Notes under the pieces: generated by a model
Told to the model about the DNA's origin: nothing
The model's database searches: none
The model's input: the letters and a program-made list of their open reading frames with translations, nothing else
Virus record (IMG/VR): IMGVR_UViG_3300042397_001844
Coordinates: 1 to 64,000 of that record
DNA from: a virus
Length of the DNA stretch: 64,000 nt
Direction: 5' to 3' (one strand)
In this document: positions 47,487 to 58,056 of the stretch, one piece after another
Position numbering within the stretch: position 1 is the first letter of the stretch
Layout of the letters: each line of letters starts with the position of its first letter
Position numbers and translations under genes: made by a program

Positions 47487-50009
47487 TTAAAAAGAAAAGA
47501 ATTGTTCAGCGGTTTTTTGTGAAGAAAGTACTGCACCCCACCCTAAAGCCCCATAGAAGTCCTCTAATTTCTTCAATAATTCCCTTTCGAAGATTTTATC
47601 ATAATCGATATACGTCCTCACCAAGTCCATTATTTCATCAGGGTCATCATGTCCTTTGAATCCAACCGCATCCAATCCATATGGGTTTTGTTTCAAATAT
47701 ACCCACTTAATCTTATCACCATCTCTCATTGGAGCGTGCTTAGCTGCACATTTGAAGTGAACTAATAATTGGTTATGTGCAATTGCTGCTTTAACGTGCG
47801 CCGGAGTTCCACTATTAAATTGGAACATTGCTCTATTATCTTTCTTCTTTGGAATATATTTTGATAATTCTTTTACTGCTGAGTTTTTAGCAATTGAAGT
47901 TACATCCATATTAACCAAGTCCTTTTTGAAATCATATATCCTGTCAGTTAGAACCATTTCAGTTTCACCTTGTAGAATTGAAATAAGGATACCACTCATA
48001 AACTTACGGAATTGTGCGGGGTACGATGAACGAACCACATCCAATCCTTTAACTTGCAACGTATCACAAGGAATACCATTCTCCGCAATAATCCATTGAG
48101 CGTATCTTTTCTTAGCAATCCAAATACCACTTCTACTTACGAATTCTTTTTTGATTTGGAATCTATGTTTTGTTTTATCAACATTAAATACTTTCTCAGC
48201 CAATACATCATAAAACTTATTTAAAAAGTCTTGTGTTTCACCAGCAATAGCATCCACCTTTAATGCAATTTCTGCATCAGTCAAATTTCTCCAATCTTTA
48301 TAACGATGGTCTAAGATAGGTACTGCTGAAAAGAATACGGAATCCGTATCAATGTATATGTTAAAGTCTTGTCCGTTTGTTCCTAATTCTTTATTGTATT
48401 TAATGTTAGCCATATCAGCCGTAGATTTAATTACAGTCTGACCTGTTGTTGTTACAGCCTCAGCGTTGTCCACATCATAGAAACGGAAAGCCGGCAAACC
48501 TAACACACCATACAAAGAGTTCAATAAGATTTTTTGTACCAACTGTCTTTTTTTATAGAAAGCGTATTTCTCTTTGTCACCACTCTCACCATACTTCTTC
48601 TCTAATGCTCTAAACTCCACACGTTGTTTGAACCATAGGTCTAAGATATCAGGAATACAACCTACTTTATCAGTAGTGTAAAGAACTCCGTTAGATGATA
48701 TAGCGTATTTACTTTCATCCAACAATTTTTTAAGATTATCTTTTGTAATACTTTTATCTCCTAAAAAGAAAGTATCAATTTCACCCTTCATAAACTTTTG
48801 TGCATCCCAATTATCAATCTTACCAACTTTAGTTTCTGGTGAAATGTTAGTTGTCATAATGATTGAAGGATATAGTGAAGTTAAATCCAAGTCATATATC
48901 CATTCGTACTTACCAACGATAGGTGCCTTCACATATGCTCCAATGAATTTCTCTTGGTCATTATCTCTAAGTGCTTGCATTCTTTCTTGTCTATCCGCAG
49001 GTTTGTTAGGAGCTACAATGTTTCTTCTCTTAAGGTAACATAACAATGCACCCTCTAAGTATTTCGATGAATAAACAAAGTCCTCATATGGAACGTGTCC
49101 AGCGTGACAGATACCTCTAGCCGTATCAATGAATTGTAACTTCTTATCCATATCAGCTACTAACTGAACATCGACTAAGTTATACTCAATAAACTTTTCA
49201 ATATCATCTTTGAATAAATCATCTAAGTTACCAGAGTACTCAATCTTACCTCTACCCAATTCCTTCATCGCAATACTATCCAAACGATAGTTATCTAATT
49301 CCGAATAGGTGAAGTTTTTATATAAAGCTAGGTAATCTAAATAAGATACGCCGGCCATATAGAATCTCTTACGATATGGAGACCAAAAACATTCACCTAT
49401 TGGGCTTAATCTATTAGCGTGTTTAACACCTAATAGTCTTTTAATACGATTATATAAATAAGGAGTATCGAAGTTATCAATGTTCCAACCAGTTACGATT
49501 GTTGGATTGATGTATTCATACAATTCTAAATATTTCATACACATATCCCTCTCATCTTTGAAAGGAATTACAGTACGATTGCCGGTCTTCTTCTCACTCA
49601 TTTTACCAGCTTTGTCCATAATCAAAACCCAATAATGATTAGTAGCAGAATCATGCAAACCAATTGCCGTTAATTCATTTTCTGATTTTTCTACATCAGG
49701 CAAACCACTATCCATTTCACACTCAATATCATATGTAAGCGTAACGTGTCCTTCTGATGGTATATCTGAATCAGTATATGTATCAACCAAAACTCTAGTG
49801 GTTTCGGCTACATCGGATTCAAATAAATTCGGGTCATCTTTTGTGAATTTAAAAATCTTATCTAACTTATCTCCATACAAAGATGTGTATTGTCCTCTTT
49901 GTGCTTTTTCATAAGCATACCTAACATACGGAAAGGTTCTATATCCTAACTTATCATCCCAAATGTGTACTAAATTTCTTTCTCTCTGATAATAAATATT
50001 TTGATACAT
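47487..50009 (-). CDS. family B DNA polymerase
   Basis: DIE exonuclease, DLTSLYPS, KILLNSLYG, YIDTDS, KKRY. Confidence 0.97.
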   Translation of the reverse strand: MYQNIYYQRERNLVHIWDDKLGYRTFPYVRYAYEKAQRGQYTSLYGDKLDKIFKFTKDDPNLFESDVAETTRVLVDTYTDSDIPSEGHVTLTYDIECEMDSGLPDVEKSENELTAIGLHDSATNHYWVLIMDKAGKMSEKKTGNRTVIPFKDERDMCMKYLELYEYINPTIVTGWNIDNFDTPYLYNRIKRLLGVKHANRLSPIGECFWSPYRKRFYMAGVSYLDYLALYKNFTYSELDNYRLDSIAMKELGRGKIEYSGNLDDLFKDDIEKFIEYNLVDVQLVADMDKKLQFIDTARGICHAGHVPYEDFVYSSKYLEGALLCYLKRRNIVAPNKPADRQERMQALRDNDQEKFIGAYVKAPIVGKYEWIYDLDLTSLYPSIIMTTNISPETKVGKIDNWDAQKFMKGEIDTFFLGDKSITKDNLKKLLDESKYAISSNGVLYTTDKVGCIPDILDLWFKQRVEFRALEKKYGESGDKEKYAFYKKRQLVQKILLNSLYGVLGLPAFRFYDVDNAEAVTTTGQTVIKSTADMANIKYNKELGTNGQDFNIYIDTDSVFFSAVPILDHRYKDWRNLTDAEIALKVDAIAGETQDFLNKFYDVLAEKVFNVDKTKHRFQIKKEFVSRSGIWIAKKRYAQWIIAENGIPCDTLQVKGLDVVRSSYPAQFRKFMSGILISILQGETEMVLTDRIYDFKKDLVNMDVTSIAKNSAVKELSKYIPKKKDNRAMFQFNSGTPAHVKAAIAHNQLLVHFKCAAKHAPMRDGDKIKWVYLKQNPYGLDAVGFKGHDDPDEIMDLVRTYIDYDKIFERELLKKLEDFYGALGWGAVLSSQKTAEQFFSF

Positions 50010-51125
50010 CTATGCTTTTAATTTTATATTTAATTGTTGTAACATTCTACCTTCGTTTTCTGAAAGTTCTAATGCTCTTTCTATACTTTTAATCTCTCTA
50101 TCCTTTCTATAATTATCGTCATCCAATATTTTATCTAGCATTTCAAACAGGTCTTTTTTAAATTTAAAAAACAATCCGTTTGGTTCTATTTCCTGATAAC
50201 ATAAAGATTCTTGATATATCATTGGAGTACCATTCATCAAACAATCCGTTGCTGATACACTCCAACCATAATTCGTTTGCCTCATTTGAATACCGACTTT
50301 ACATTGTTGTAATCTACCATAGTATTCATGCTTTGGAAGTTTAGTTGAATCAATCCAGCTATGTTCCGGCGTTCCTTTTAATTGAGGCACCCATACACTA
50401 AAATCTTGTCTACGTTCTCTATATTCCTCCATCAATTTAATGAAAGTAGGGTATCCTTTATAAGCTGCTGCTCTATGATTGAATACTATAATATTTCGTT
50501 TTTCTTCTGATGCTGATTCAATTACATTTTGTTTTGGTAGTCCCAAATTCCATACCACCAAAATATCATCTAACTTTTTAACAAACTCATCATTGAACCA
50601 AATCTTAGCTTCTTCCAATACTCTATTCTTTTGGTCTTGTGTATTAAGGTAACAAGTTTCCATTTGAGATATACCTAATAGTTCAATAGGCATCCATCTC
50701 CATTTATTCTTTCTATCTTCCGCATTGCAGGTTTTCATTTCCCACCAATGGCAATATCCAATAATTTTTGTGTTGAAATCGTTTTTGTATCTACCAACTT
50801 GAGGCCAATCAGGCAAATGTGAGTAGATAACATCATACTCTAATGTTTCTAATAATCGATTGAAGTCGGGCGGATAGGTACGCATTTTAATCATATCGCC
50901 AGAGAAGGGTAAGATATGCTGCTTTACATTTAGTAAATTCAGTTTCCTAACCGGCTCTGGTAATATAATATTCCAAAAGTATTCACCGTGTTGCTCTAAA
51001 CCTTTTATGTGGTTGTAGATAACATCAACGAATGAATCCTTTTCTATATTAGCGGAATTGGTGATATTAGGTATCACCAAAACACGCCTTGCTTCTTTAC
51101 TTAATTGTCCTTCCCAAAATGTCAT
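50010..51125 (-). CDS. GT-B glycosyltransferase, possibly DNA-modifying
   Basis: VFNHRAAAYKG, WSVSATDCLMNGTP; abuts PolB. Confidence 0.65.
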   Translation of the reverse strand: MTFWEGQLSKEARRVLVIPNITNSANIEKDSFVDVIYNHIKGLEQHGEYFWNIILPEPVRKLNLLNVKQHILPFSGDMIKMRTYPPDFNRLLETLEYDVIYSHLPDWPQVGRYKNDFNTKIIGYCHWWEMKTCNAEDRKNKWRWMPIELLGISQMETCYLNTQDQKNRVLEEAKIWFNDEFVKKLDDILVVWNLGLPKQNVIESASEEKRNIIVFNHRAAAYKGYPTFIKLMEEYRERRQDFSVWVPQLKGTPEHSWIDSTKLPKHEYYGRLQQCKVGIQMRQTNYGWSVSATDCLMNGTPMIYQESLCYQEIEPNGLFFKFKKDLFEMLDKILDDDNYRKDREIKSIERALELSENEGRMLQQLNIKLKA

Positions 51126-51135
51126 TAATTATTAT

Positions 51136-52611
51136 TTAATTTAAAAGTGATTTGTACTCATCACCACTCATATTCAACTTTTTAAGATTATGAGATTTGC
51201 TAGTTACTACAAGATTATCATATTCAGTAACACCACCTTTTTTCTTTCCCCAACTTCTAGGAATATAATGGTCACCAACCAACTTCTTATTATCCAAAGG
51301 TTGTCCATCGTAGAAATCAATTCTACCTTGCTCTTCCCATTTTCTGATAATTTGGTCTCTAGTAAAATCACGATTATCAATTTCAATTACCCCAAAAGAA
51401 TCCATATTTTCTTTTAATTCCTTATCCAATATATAAGTGATTGTACCAATTGCTTTTGGATTTTTACCACCAAATAGTTTATTGAATGGCTCCATTTGCT
51501 CATCATCAGTACCAAACATTAATTCATCAGCATACAACTTACCACCAGTCTTTTTATCGGTATTACTCCATTTATCATATACTTCAAAAAACTTATTTAC
51601 ATAGGTTTCTATAATAAGCTTTCCGTATTTGTTTTTTAACTCATAACCATATAAAATTAACATTTGAGAAAACATTGGTACAAGTTTATATTTTCTATCA
51701 GATGCAACAGATGTAATGATATCATAAGAAAATTGAATTAGTGGTTCTAAAACCGATTCTTTATAATCTTCAAATTGTTCTTCGGTAGATAAGATACCAT
51801 TGGTGGCCTGAGCCTTTGTAATCCAATCGGTGTGTTTTCCTTGTGTAAGTCCATTACGATAACCATTATGTTGTAACATAATCATTTCGGAAACAAACTC
51901 ATCTACTTCCATACGGCCGTTGATTACGAACCCTTCGGAGAAATTAGATAATTTCCATTTTTTCTTCTTTCCACTATCAATTAATGTTCTATCAAATAGT
52001 TTATGCTTATTTTCAAATCTTGATATATTACGAATATATTCAGATAATCTACCACGAATAGCGTTTCTCTTTTCTTGTGGTTTCATTTCATTTGAATTAT
52101 TCAAAACATTAATGAATAAATCAGCCGTTTGAGAATCTGATAAGTTTTCGTACCACTTACAGCTAATTCTATAAGAAAGTATTGTTTGATATAAATTTGG
52201 TTCGTTTTGTCTAATCCAATCTATATTCTTTTCGCGCAAATCAATACCATTGATTATAAAAGAGTCATGTTTTGGTAAACAAAACTCACCATTTATAAAA
52301 TCCAAAATAGATGTTATTCTTTGCTGCCCGTCAATAAGTTCAAAGATAAAAGATTTTCCTTTCTTAACAACTCTAATATGAATTTCAGGAATCTTTTTAT
52401 ACGAATTGAGAATAACAGTTAGCATTATACCTTGTTTAAAGGTAAGAGATGCTACTTTTTCTCTTTGATACTCCCTAGCCCCAGTTTCAATTTTTGGAGT
52501 TTTAGAGTCTGTTAAATACGAAATACTAACATCTCCATCGTAAGATGTTGGTTTGTTTGTTTGGCCAAAGCTTTCTTCGGCGATTTCACAATAAATGAAA
52601 TTTTCAGTCAT
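51136..52611 (-). CDS. DUF262 (ParB/DGQQR) plus HNH nuclease, GmrSD-like
   Basis: EYQRE, IDGQQRITS, LF..LN; C-terminal DHYIPRS..GG..DNLVV..HN. Confidence 0.8.
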   Translation of the reverse strand: MTENFIYCEIAEESFGQTNKPTSYDGDVSISYLTDSKTPKIETGAREYQREKVASLTFKQGIMLTVILNSYKKIPEIHIRVVKKGKSFIFELIDGQQRITSILDFINGEFCLPKHDSFIINGIDLREKNIDWIRQNEPNLYQTILSYRISCKWYENLSDSQTADLFINVLNNSNEMKPQEKRNAIRGRLSEYIRNISRFENKHKLFDRTLIDSGKKKKWKLSNFSEGFVINGRMEVDEFVSEMIMLQHNGYRNGLTQGKHTDWITKAQATNGILSTEEQFEDYKESVLEPLIQFSYDIITSVASDRKYKLVPMFSQMLILYGYELKNKYGKLIIETYVNKFFEVYDKWSNTDKKTGGKLYADELMFGTDDEQMEPFNKLFGGKNPKAIGTITYILDKELKENMDSFGVIEIDNRDFTRDQIIRKWEEQGRIDFYDGQPLDNKKLVGDHYIPRSWGKKKGGVTEYDNLVVTSKSHNLKKLNMSGDEYKSLLN

Positions 52612-52700
52612 AGTTTAAAATTTGCGATAATATCTTAACCTCTAATTTATAATTTTTTTGGGTTTTTAGATATCATCAGTTTTATAAATTGTTTACTATG

Positions 52701-52732
52701 TAAAGGTACGAATAATTTGTGAATTCGCCAAA
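52701..52732 (-). promoter_or_regulatory. Bacteroidota-type promoter
   Basis: TTTG-N20-TACCTTTA. Confidence 0.6.
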
Positions 52733-52780
52733 TCTTTTTTACTATTTATTATAACTGATTGATTATCAATGAGTTATATA

Positions 52781-53581
52781 TTACCAAAAATTTTCAGTAC
52801 CTTCCGGTACTTCGTATGTAGTTAGATGATGTACCACTTCTGTGTTGTATGAAGCGGTATCTTTTGGATACGGCCTGATTTCGTGCTTTAATCGTTTCAT
52901 CAAATCCTTCTTTTCTTTTTTATCTTGCGCAAGTATTTGAACATATCTATGTTTTGGTGGTTCTTCCCTTCTCCAAAACTCTTTATATCCTTGCTTACCA
53001 ATTTCCATTTGTAAGTGTGCTAAGTTACCACTACCCCACATTGAAAATACAGTTCTACTATGAATCCATTGATACGGGTCTTTGTGTAATGATATACCCC
53101 AATTTGGCATCAATGCAATATCCGTAGATAATCCTTGATAAATCCAATTGGTAGCTTGGTATATTCCTCCCAAGTGAGCTTGTCCGTTATCAGCGTATGA
53201 AAGTAATACCTTAATATTCTTATCATGCTCTTTTAACCATTTGAAAGATTGTCCTAATGCAAATGATTCAATATTAGAACCATAACCATCATCACAATAT
53301 AAACGTGTCAATTCTAAAATGTTATCTTTGGTCAATCCTTCACAAATAGAAGTGGATGCTTTTGCTCCAACAGGAAACCCATAGATTAAACAACCTATAA
53401 GTTTATCACCATCAAAGGTATTAGCATCTTCTGATTTGTAATATATTCCAATTGCATATCTACAAGCTGTCCAAGCGTGAGTATAGTGCTTCTTAACAAT
53501 AATATCTTTAGCGATACTCTTTGCTATTGGAGCTACATATACTTTGGATGTATCACAATAATTTTTACCTTCTACCTTCAT
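52781..53581 (-). CDS. Mom-family (GNAT) DNA adenine-modification protein, paralogue 2
   Basis: HY, LELTRL, SYAD..HLGGIYQATNWIYQG, KHRY. Confidence 0.8.
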   Translation of the reverse strand: MKVEGKNYCDTSKVYVAPIAKSIAKDIIVKKHYTHAWTACRYAIGIYYKSEDANTFDGDKLIGCLIYGFPVGAKASTSICEGLTKDNILELTRLYCDDGYGSNIESFALGQSFKWLKEHDKNIKVLLSYADNGQAHLGGIYQATNWIYQGLSTDIALMPNWGISLHKDPYQWIHSRTVFSMWGSGNLAHLQMEIGKQGYKEFWRREEPPKHRYVQILAQDKKEKKDLMKRLKHEIRPYPKDTASYNTEVVHHLTTYEVPEGTENFW

Positions 53582-53819
53582 TCTTTTTTGCTTGTTTTGC
53601 TTTTTCTAAAATAGATAAACTTCTCTCAGCCTTTGCTAATTTTTGTCTTTGTTTCAAATCTTTTACATAACCAGCAGGATATTTGTTCTCTACTGATATA
53701 GGTCCATTTGGGAATTTATCCAAATCGTATTTCCAAATTGATTCACATCCATCATCATCTTTGTAGATATGTTCAAATTTACGTGGTTTATCCTTAGCGC
53801 TGGGTTCTACTCTTGCCAT
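53565..53819 (-). CDS. hypothetical protein
   Basis: 84-aa ORF with its own promoter. Confidence 0.6.
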   Translation of the reverse strand: MARVEPSAKDKPRKFEHIYKDDDGCESIWKYDLDKFPNGPISVENKYPAGYVKDLKQRQKLAKAERSLSILEKAKQAKKNEGRR

Positions 53820-53826
53820 AACATTA

Positions 53827-53858
53827 CAAATATACGAAATTAATCTGAAACTACCAAA
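53827..53858 (-). promoter_or_regulatory. Bacteroidota-type promoter
   Basis: TTTG-N20-TATATTTG. Confidence 0.7.
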
Positions 53859-54613
53859 TCTATCGGCTCCATTTTATGAACTTCATCGATAATATCCAAC
53901 TCTACCTTTGGATATGGGAATACCTCATGTTTAAGCGATTTTAAGAGGGCTTTACGTTCCTTTTTATCTTTGGTTAGAATATACACATAGCGATGCTTAC
54001 GGGGTTCTCTTTTAATCCAGAATGGGCTTGTAACCATTGTCTGAATTATCTTTGGGTCATTCGTTCCGTACTTCACATAGGATGTCCGAGAATGATGCCA
54101 TTCATCATCTTCACTCCATTTGAAACTCCAACTATCTGACCATCTGATTTTGTTACCTTGATATATCCAATTAGTAGCTTGATATACCGTTCCTAAGTGC
54201 CCAGCGTTTGGGTCTGAATAAGATATTAGGGCTTTGATACGAGGTACATTAGTTCTTAACCATTCAAAAGATTGTCCAACGAACCAACTCTCAATGTTAC
54301 TACCATATCCATCGAATACGAATAGTCGTGTTAATTCTAATACACCATCTCTAGGAAGTAATTCGGAAATTGATGCGCCGGCATTTCTACCAACCGGGTC
54401 ACCATAACAGGCAACTCCAACTAATTGTTCATTCACTCCACTAAAGAATGAATGTTCATCATCGGATATATAAAATAATCCAATGGCATAGGATACCTTT
54501 GTCCATATTCCACTATAATGGTTATTGACAATGATATCCTTTGCTATGTTCTTATTAATCTCTCTAATTGAAAATTTAGAGATATCGCAATATTGTTTAC
54601 CTTCTACTTTCAT
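53840..54613 (-). CDS. Mom-family (GNAT) DNA adenine-modification protein, paralogue 1
   Basis: HYS, LELTRL, SYSDP..HLGTVYQATNWIYQG, KHRY. Confidence 0.8.
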   Translation of the reverse strand: MKVEGKQYCDISKFSIREINKNIAKDIIVNNHYSGIWTKVSYAIGLFYISDDEHSFFSGVNEQLVGVACYGDPVGRNAGASISELLPRDGVLELTRLFVFDGYGSNIESWFVGQSFEWLRTNVPRIKALISYSDPNAGHLGTVYQATNWIYQGNKIRWSDSWSFKWSEDDEWHHSRTSYVKYGTNDPKIIQTMVTSPFWIKREPRKHRYVYILTKDKKERKALLKSLKHEVFPYPKVELDIIDEVHKMEPIDLVVSD

Positions 54614-54813
54614 AAGCTACCACTCCAAAAATGATTTAAATGAGTCCAAGTTTTACGTTGAATTATCTTCAATACATTTGATGGTGATACCTTATTGTTT
54701 TGGGCAATAACTTTAATATTACGATGACCCATTCTCCATAGGTCTCTAATGATTAAAACTTGTTCCTCTGTCAGTTTTGCTGACGGGTGTTGCTGCCCTC
54801 TTAAAATTGCCAT
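54610..54813 (-). CDS. small HTH protein resembling the C-terminal domain of HNH homing endonucleases
   Basis: RGQQHPSAKLTEEQV..IA..VS..I..RKTWTH. Confidence 0.7.
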   Translation of the reverse strand: MAILRGQQHPSAKLTEEQVLIIRDLWRMGHRNIKVIAQNNKVSPSNVLKIIQRKTWTHLNHFWSGSL

Positions 54814-54836
54814 AAATGTAACCTTTATTTTTTGTT

Positions 54837-55100
54837 CTACTTCAATCCTTCGTTGATAGCGTTTACATACGCCATCTTAGAAGACATTCCAGTAAATCTA
54901 TTTATTTCTACTCCATCTTTTACTATCACTACAGTTGGTACTGAACGTACTCCGTATTCAGTTGCTGCTTCATATGCCGTATCTACATCATAATCAGTAA
55001 ACTTAACATTTGTAAATTGTCCCTTAACTTCATTCATAATAGGAGCTAATGCTCTGCATGGGCCACACCACACTGCTGAAAATTTCTTTACTTCTAACAT
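54837..55100 (-). CDS. trxA: thioredoxin
   Basis: WCGPC, SVPT. Confidence 0.93.
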   Translation of the reverse strand: MLEVKKFSAVWCGPCRALAPIMNEVKGQFTNVKFTDYDVDTAYEAATEYGVRSVPTVVIVKDGVEINRFTGMSSKMAYVNAINEGLK

Positions 55101-55122
55101 CTTCTTTTTTTATTTTAATTGT

Positions 55123-56901
55123 TTATGCTTCACAACTTACACAGTCAGGGTTCATAGCTTGTTGAGCTATATCTCCTCTCAATACTGATTCAGTTCTCAT
55201 ATAATATAATGTTTTAACTCCTTGCTTCCAAGCTTCCAAATGTACCTGATTAATCCATTTAGGGTCAGCTATTGCTGGAAATGCTAAATTCAATGAAACC
55301 GCCTGGTCTATATATTGTTGTCTAACACCTGCTTGTCTTACCAAATCCAATTGATTAATTTCTTTGAATGTTTTGAATACATCTTTAACTGATGTACATT
55401 TATGTTTTGCTTCACCCTCTACTTCTTTACACTCCACAATCTTTCCATCTACATAACACCACTCATCTAAAAAATCCAATCCCATTACAGAACCACCATC
55501 TGCTAAAATCTTATCCCAAGTTTCTTTTGTATCAAATCCTATTTTCTTTAACACCTTTTTTAATTCAGGATTCTTTCTGATGAAAGTTCCTTTTGATGTT
55601 TGTTCGGTAAATACATTAGCTGCCCAAGGTTCAATACCACTACTTACGTTACCACTCAACTTAGAGTTTGATACCGTAGGTGCTACTGCTCTTAAATGTG
55701 TATTTCTCATACCACTTTCTTTACACCATAGTGGTTCACCATATTCAGTTGCTAACCATCTACTTGCTCTTTCAGATTCAATCTTTAATTGAGAGAAAAT
55801 CTTACGGGTTTCAAATTGAGCTTGTAAACCTTCAAATGGCAATCCTTTTTGTTGTAAATAAGTGTGCCATCCCAATACACCTAAACCCAATGCTCTACCT
55901 CTTTCTGCTGAACGTACTGAATTTTCAAATCCTTTTAAGTTTTTAGCTCTTTGGATAAATTCTTCCAATACACCATCTAAAAAGATAGTAGCTGTATAAA
56001 CTAAATCCGTATCTTTCCACTCATCGTACTTTGCTAAGTTTAGAGAACTTAAGCAACAAACAAATGAATGTTGTTCATCAGTATGTAATACGATTTCAGA
56101 ACATATATTAGTCATATGAACTTTCAAACCATTCTTTTTATACATTTCAGGATTTGCTTTGTTTACATTTCCTTTATACATAATGTATGGTTCACCAGTT
56201 GCTTTTCTTTTTTGTAATAATTTACCCCACTTTCTACGAGCATCAGGCTCACCTTCTTCTAACTTCTTCATAAATCTATCACTAATTACAACACATTGAT
56301 GTAAGTTAAGTGATTGACGATTTACATCTCCCTTTGGTTCTCTAATCTCTAAGAAATCTTCAAAATCTTTGTGTTCAATTTTAATGTTTACCGATGCTGC
56401 TCCTCTACGAACTGAACCCTGATTTGTAGCTAGAATAGTTGAATCATAGATTTTACAAAATGGAACTACACCATCTGATGTACCATTTCCAGTAATTTTA
56501 GTACCAGCCGGTCTAATCATATTAATACCAATACCAACACCACCGCCATGCTTTGCTAACAACATCAATTCTAAATTCTTAGAACCAATCTCATAGATAC
56601 TATCACCCACATCAATACCGAAGCATGAAATAGGTAATCCTCTATCAGTACCAGTATTTGCTAATACAGGTGTTGCTAAACATAACCAACCCTTCCACAT
56701 ATAATCAAAAAACTTTGTTGCTAATTGTGGTTTATCCAATCTCTTAGCAACTGCCGTAGCAACTCTCCAATATGCATCTTTAGGCTTTTCGCCTGATTGT
56801 AAATAAGTCTTTGATATAGTTTTTATATATATCTCATTGTTTCCCCAAGAAGGAAAATCAACATCTATTTCCCATCCATTTTCTTCTCCGTAATTTTTCA
56901 T
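55123..56901 (-). CDS. nrdA: class I ribonucleotide reductase alpha subunit (no ATP cone)
   Basis: TNICSEI, APTVSNS, KTLYY, C-terminal CVSC. Confidence 0.95.
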   Translation of the reverse strand: MKNYGEENGWEIDVDFPSWGNNEIYIKTISKTYLQSGEKPKDAYWRVATAVAKRLDKPQLATKFFDYMWKGWLCLATPVLANTGTDRGLPISCFGIDVGDSIYEIGSKNLELMLLAKHGGGVGIGINMIRPAGTKITGNGTSDGVVPFCKIYDSTILATNQGSVRRGAASVNIKIEHKDFEDFLEIREPKGDVNRQSLNLHQCVVISDRFMKKLEEGEPDARRKWGKLLQKRKATGEPYIMYKGNVNKANPEMYKKNGLKVHMTNICSEIVLHTDEQHSFVCCLSSLNLAKYDEWKDTDLVYTATIFLDGVLEEFIQRAKNLKGFENSVRSAERGRALGLGVLGWHTYLQQKGLPFEGLQAQFETRKIFSQLKIESERASRWLATEYGEPLWCKESGMRNTHLRAVAPTVSNSKLSGNVSSGIEPWAANVFTEQTSKGTFIRKNPELKKVLKKIGFDTKETWDKILADGGSVMGLDFLDEWCYVDGKIVECKEVEGEAKHKCTSVKDVFKTFKEINQLDLVRQAGVRQQYIDQAVSLNLAFPAIADPKWINQVHLEAWKQGVKTLYYMRTESVLRGDIAQQAMNPDCVSCEA

Positions 56902-56910
56902 AAACTTTTT

Positions 56911-57924
56911 TTAAAATATATCATCCCAATTTTCACCTTCACCAGCCTTACTATAATCAGTAGGTCTCATAGCGAAGAAATCCGTATGGGTTACTCCACC
57001 TGTAAGATGGTAGAACCAATCTAATTCAGATGCTTTCTTTTCGTTAAACTCAAAGTAGTCATCTCCACCTTTAATTGGGTTGTATCCTAATTCTCCTAAT
57101 TTCTCATTAACTCTTTTTGTAATGAATTCTTTTAAGTTATCTTTTTTAAGATTATCCAAATCACCCATTTCAAAAATTTTATCAATAAATTTATGTTCTA
57201 AATCTCTAATAATTAGTGCTGCCTCATAAATATCTTTTTTAGCTTCCTCTAATAATTCAGGAAACTCCTCACACATGTGTCTGAATAATTGACAACCCAT
57301 CTTTGAATGTAGGGATTCATCTCTTACACTCCACTTCATTTGTTGTCCGATTCCTTTTAATAGATTTCTCATTTGAAAAGAATACAATACAGCGAATGAT
57401 GAGTATAATGCTACACCTTCAGCAAATGCCGAAAAGATAGCAAGTGAACGAGCAACTTCAACTCTAGCCTGATGATTTGTTTGTAAATCTTTAGGAGTCC
57501 AATCTGCAGTTGTGTTTGTTAATAACTCAAATCTTTCCTTCATTGTTTCATCATGTAGGAAACCTGCGAAATCATCTAATCCCAATGTTTCATTAAGATA
57601 TGAATATGCAACTGAATGGATTGTTTCTTGCGAACCAAATGCCATCGCCATCTGTCTAATCTCATGCTTTGGAAACCATTTGGTAACCATACCTGTCCAA
57701 TAATCTGATACTGCACATTCCGTTTGAGCAAACCCCAAAAGAATATTTCCAACTAAATGTTTTTCTTCTTTTGTTAAATTCTCATTCCAATCCTTCACAT
57801 CTCCCTGCATTGGGATTTCAGTATGTAACCAAAATGCTTGCATTTGTTTCAACCAACCTTCATTGTAGTAGTCTGGGAATTCAAATGGTTTGTAGGGAAT
57901 CCTATCCGTAAATAATTTGCTCAT
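56911..57924 (-). CDS. nrdB: ribonucleotide reductase beta subunit
   Basis: ETIHSVAY, EGVALYSSF, RDESLH; start at ATG 57924. Confidence 0.95.
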   Translation of the reverse strand: MSKLFTDRIPYKPFEFPDYYNEGWLKQMQAFWLHTEIPMQGDVKDWNENLTKEEKHLVGNILLGFAQTECAVSDYWTGMVTKWFPKHEIRQMAMAFGSQETIHSVAYSYLNETLGLDDFAGFLHDETMKERFELLTNTTADWTPKDLQTNHQARVEVARSLAIFSAFAEGVALYSSFAVLYSFQMRNLLKGIGQQMKWSVRDESLHSKMGCQLFRHMCEEFPELLEEAKKDIYEAALIIRDLEHKFIDKIFEMGDLDNLKKDNLKEFITKRVNEKLGELGYNPIKGGDDYFEFNEKKASELDWFYHLTGGVTHTDFFAMRPTDYSKAGEGENWDDIF

Positions 57925-58056
57925 AGTGTAATCTAATTTTGTAAGTTCTTTGAGGGGTGAATATAAATACAATATATACTCATAAACCTTTCAGAATTCA
58001 CAACTATTTTTTAATATTTTTGTCTGTTCTTATTAATGTCTATTATAACATATAGT

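Noticed and set aside
52612-52780. Long intergenic gap as a possible tRNA or ncRNA
   Set aside because: AT-rich, accounted for by a promoter and leader; no cloverleaf or stable structure seen
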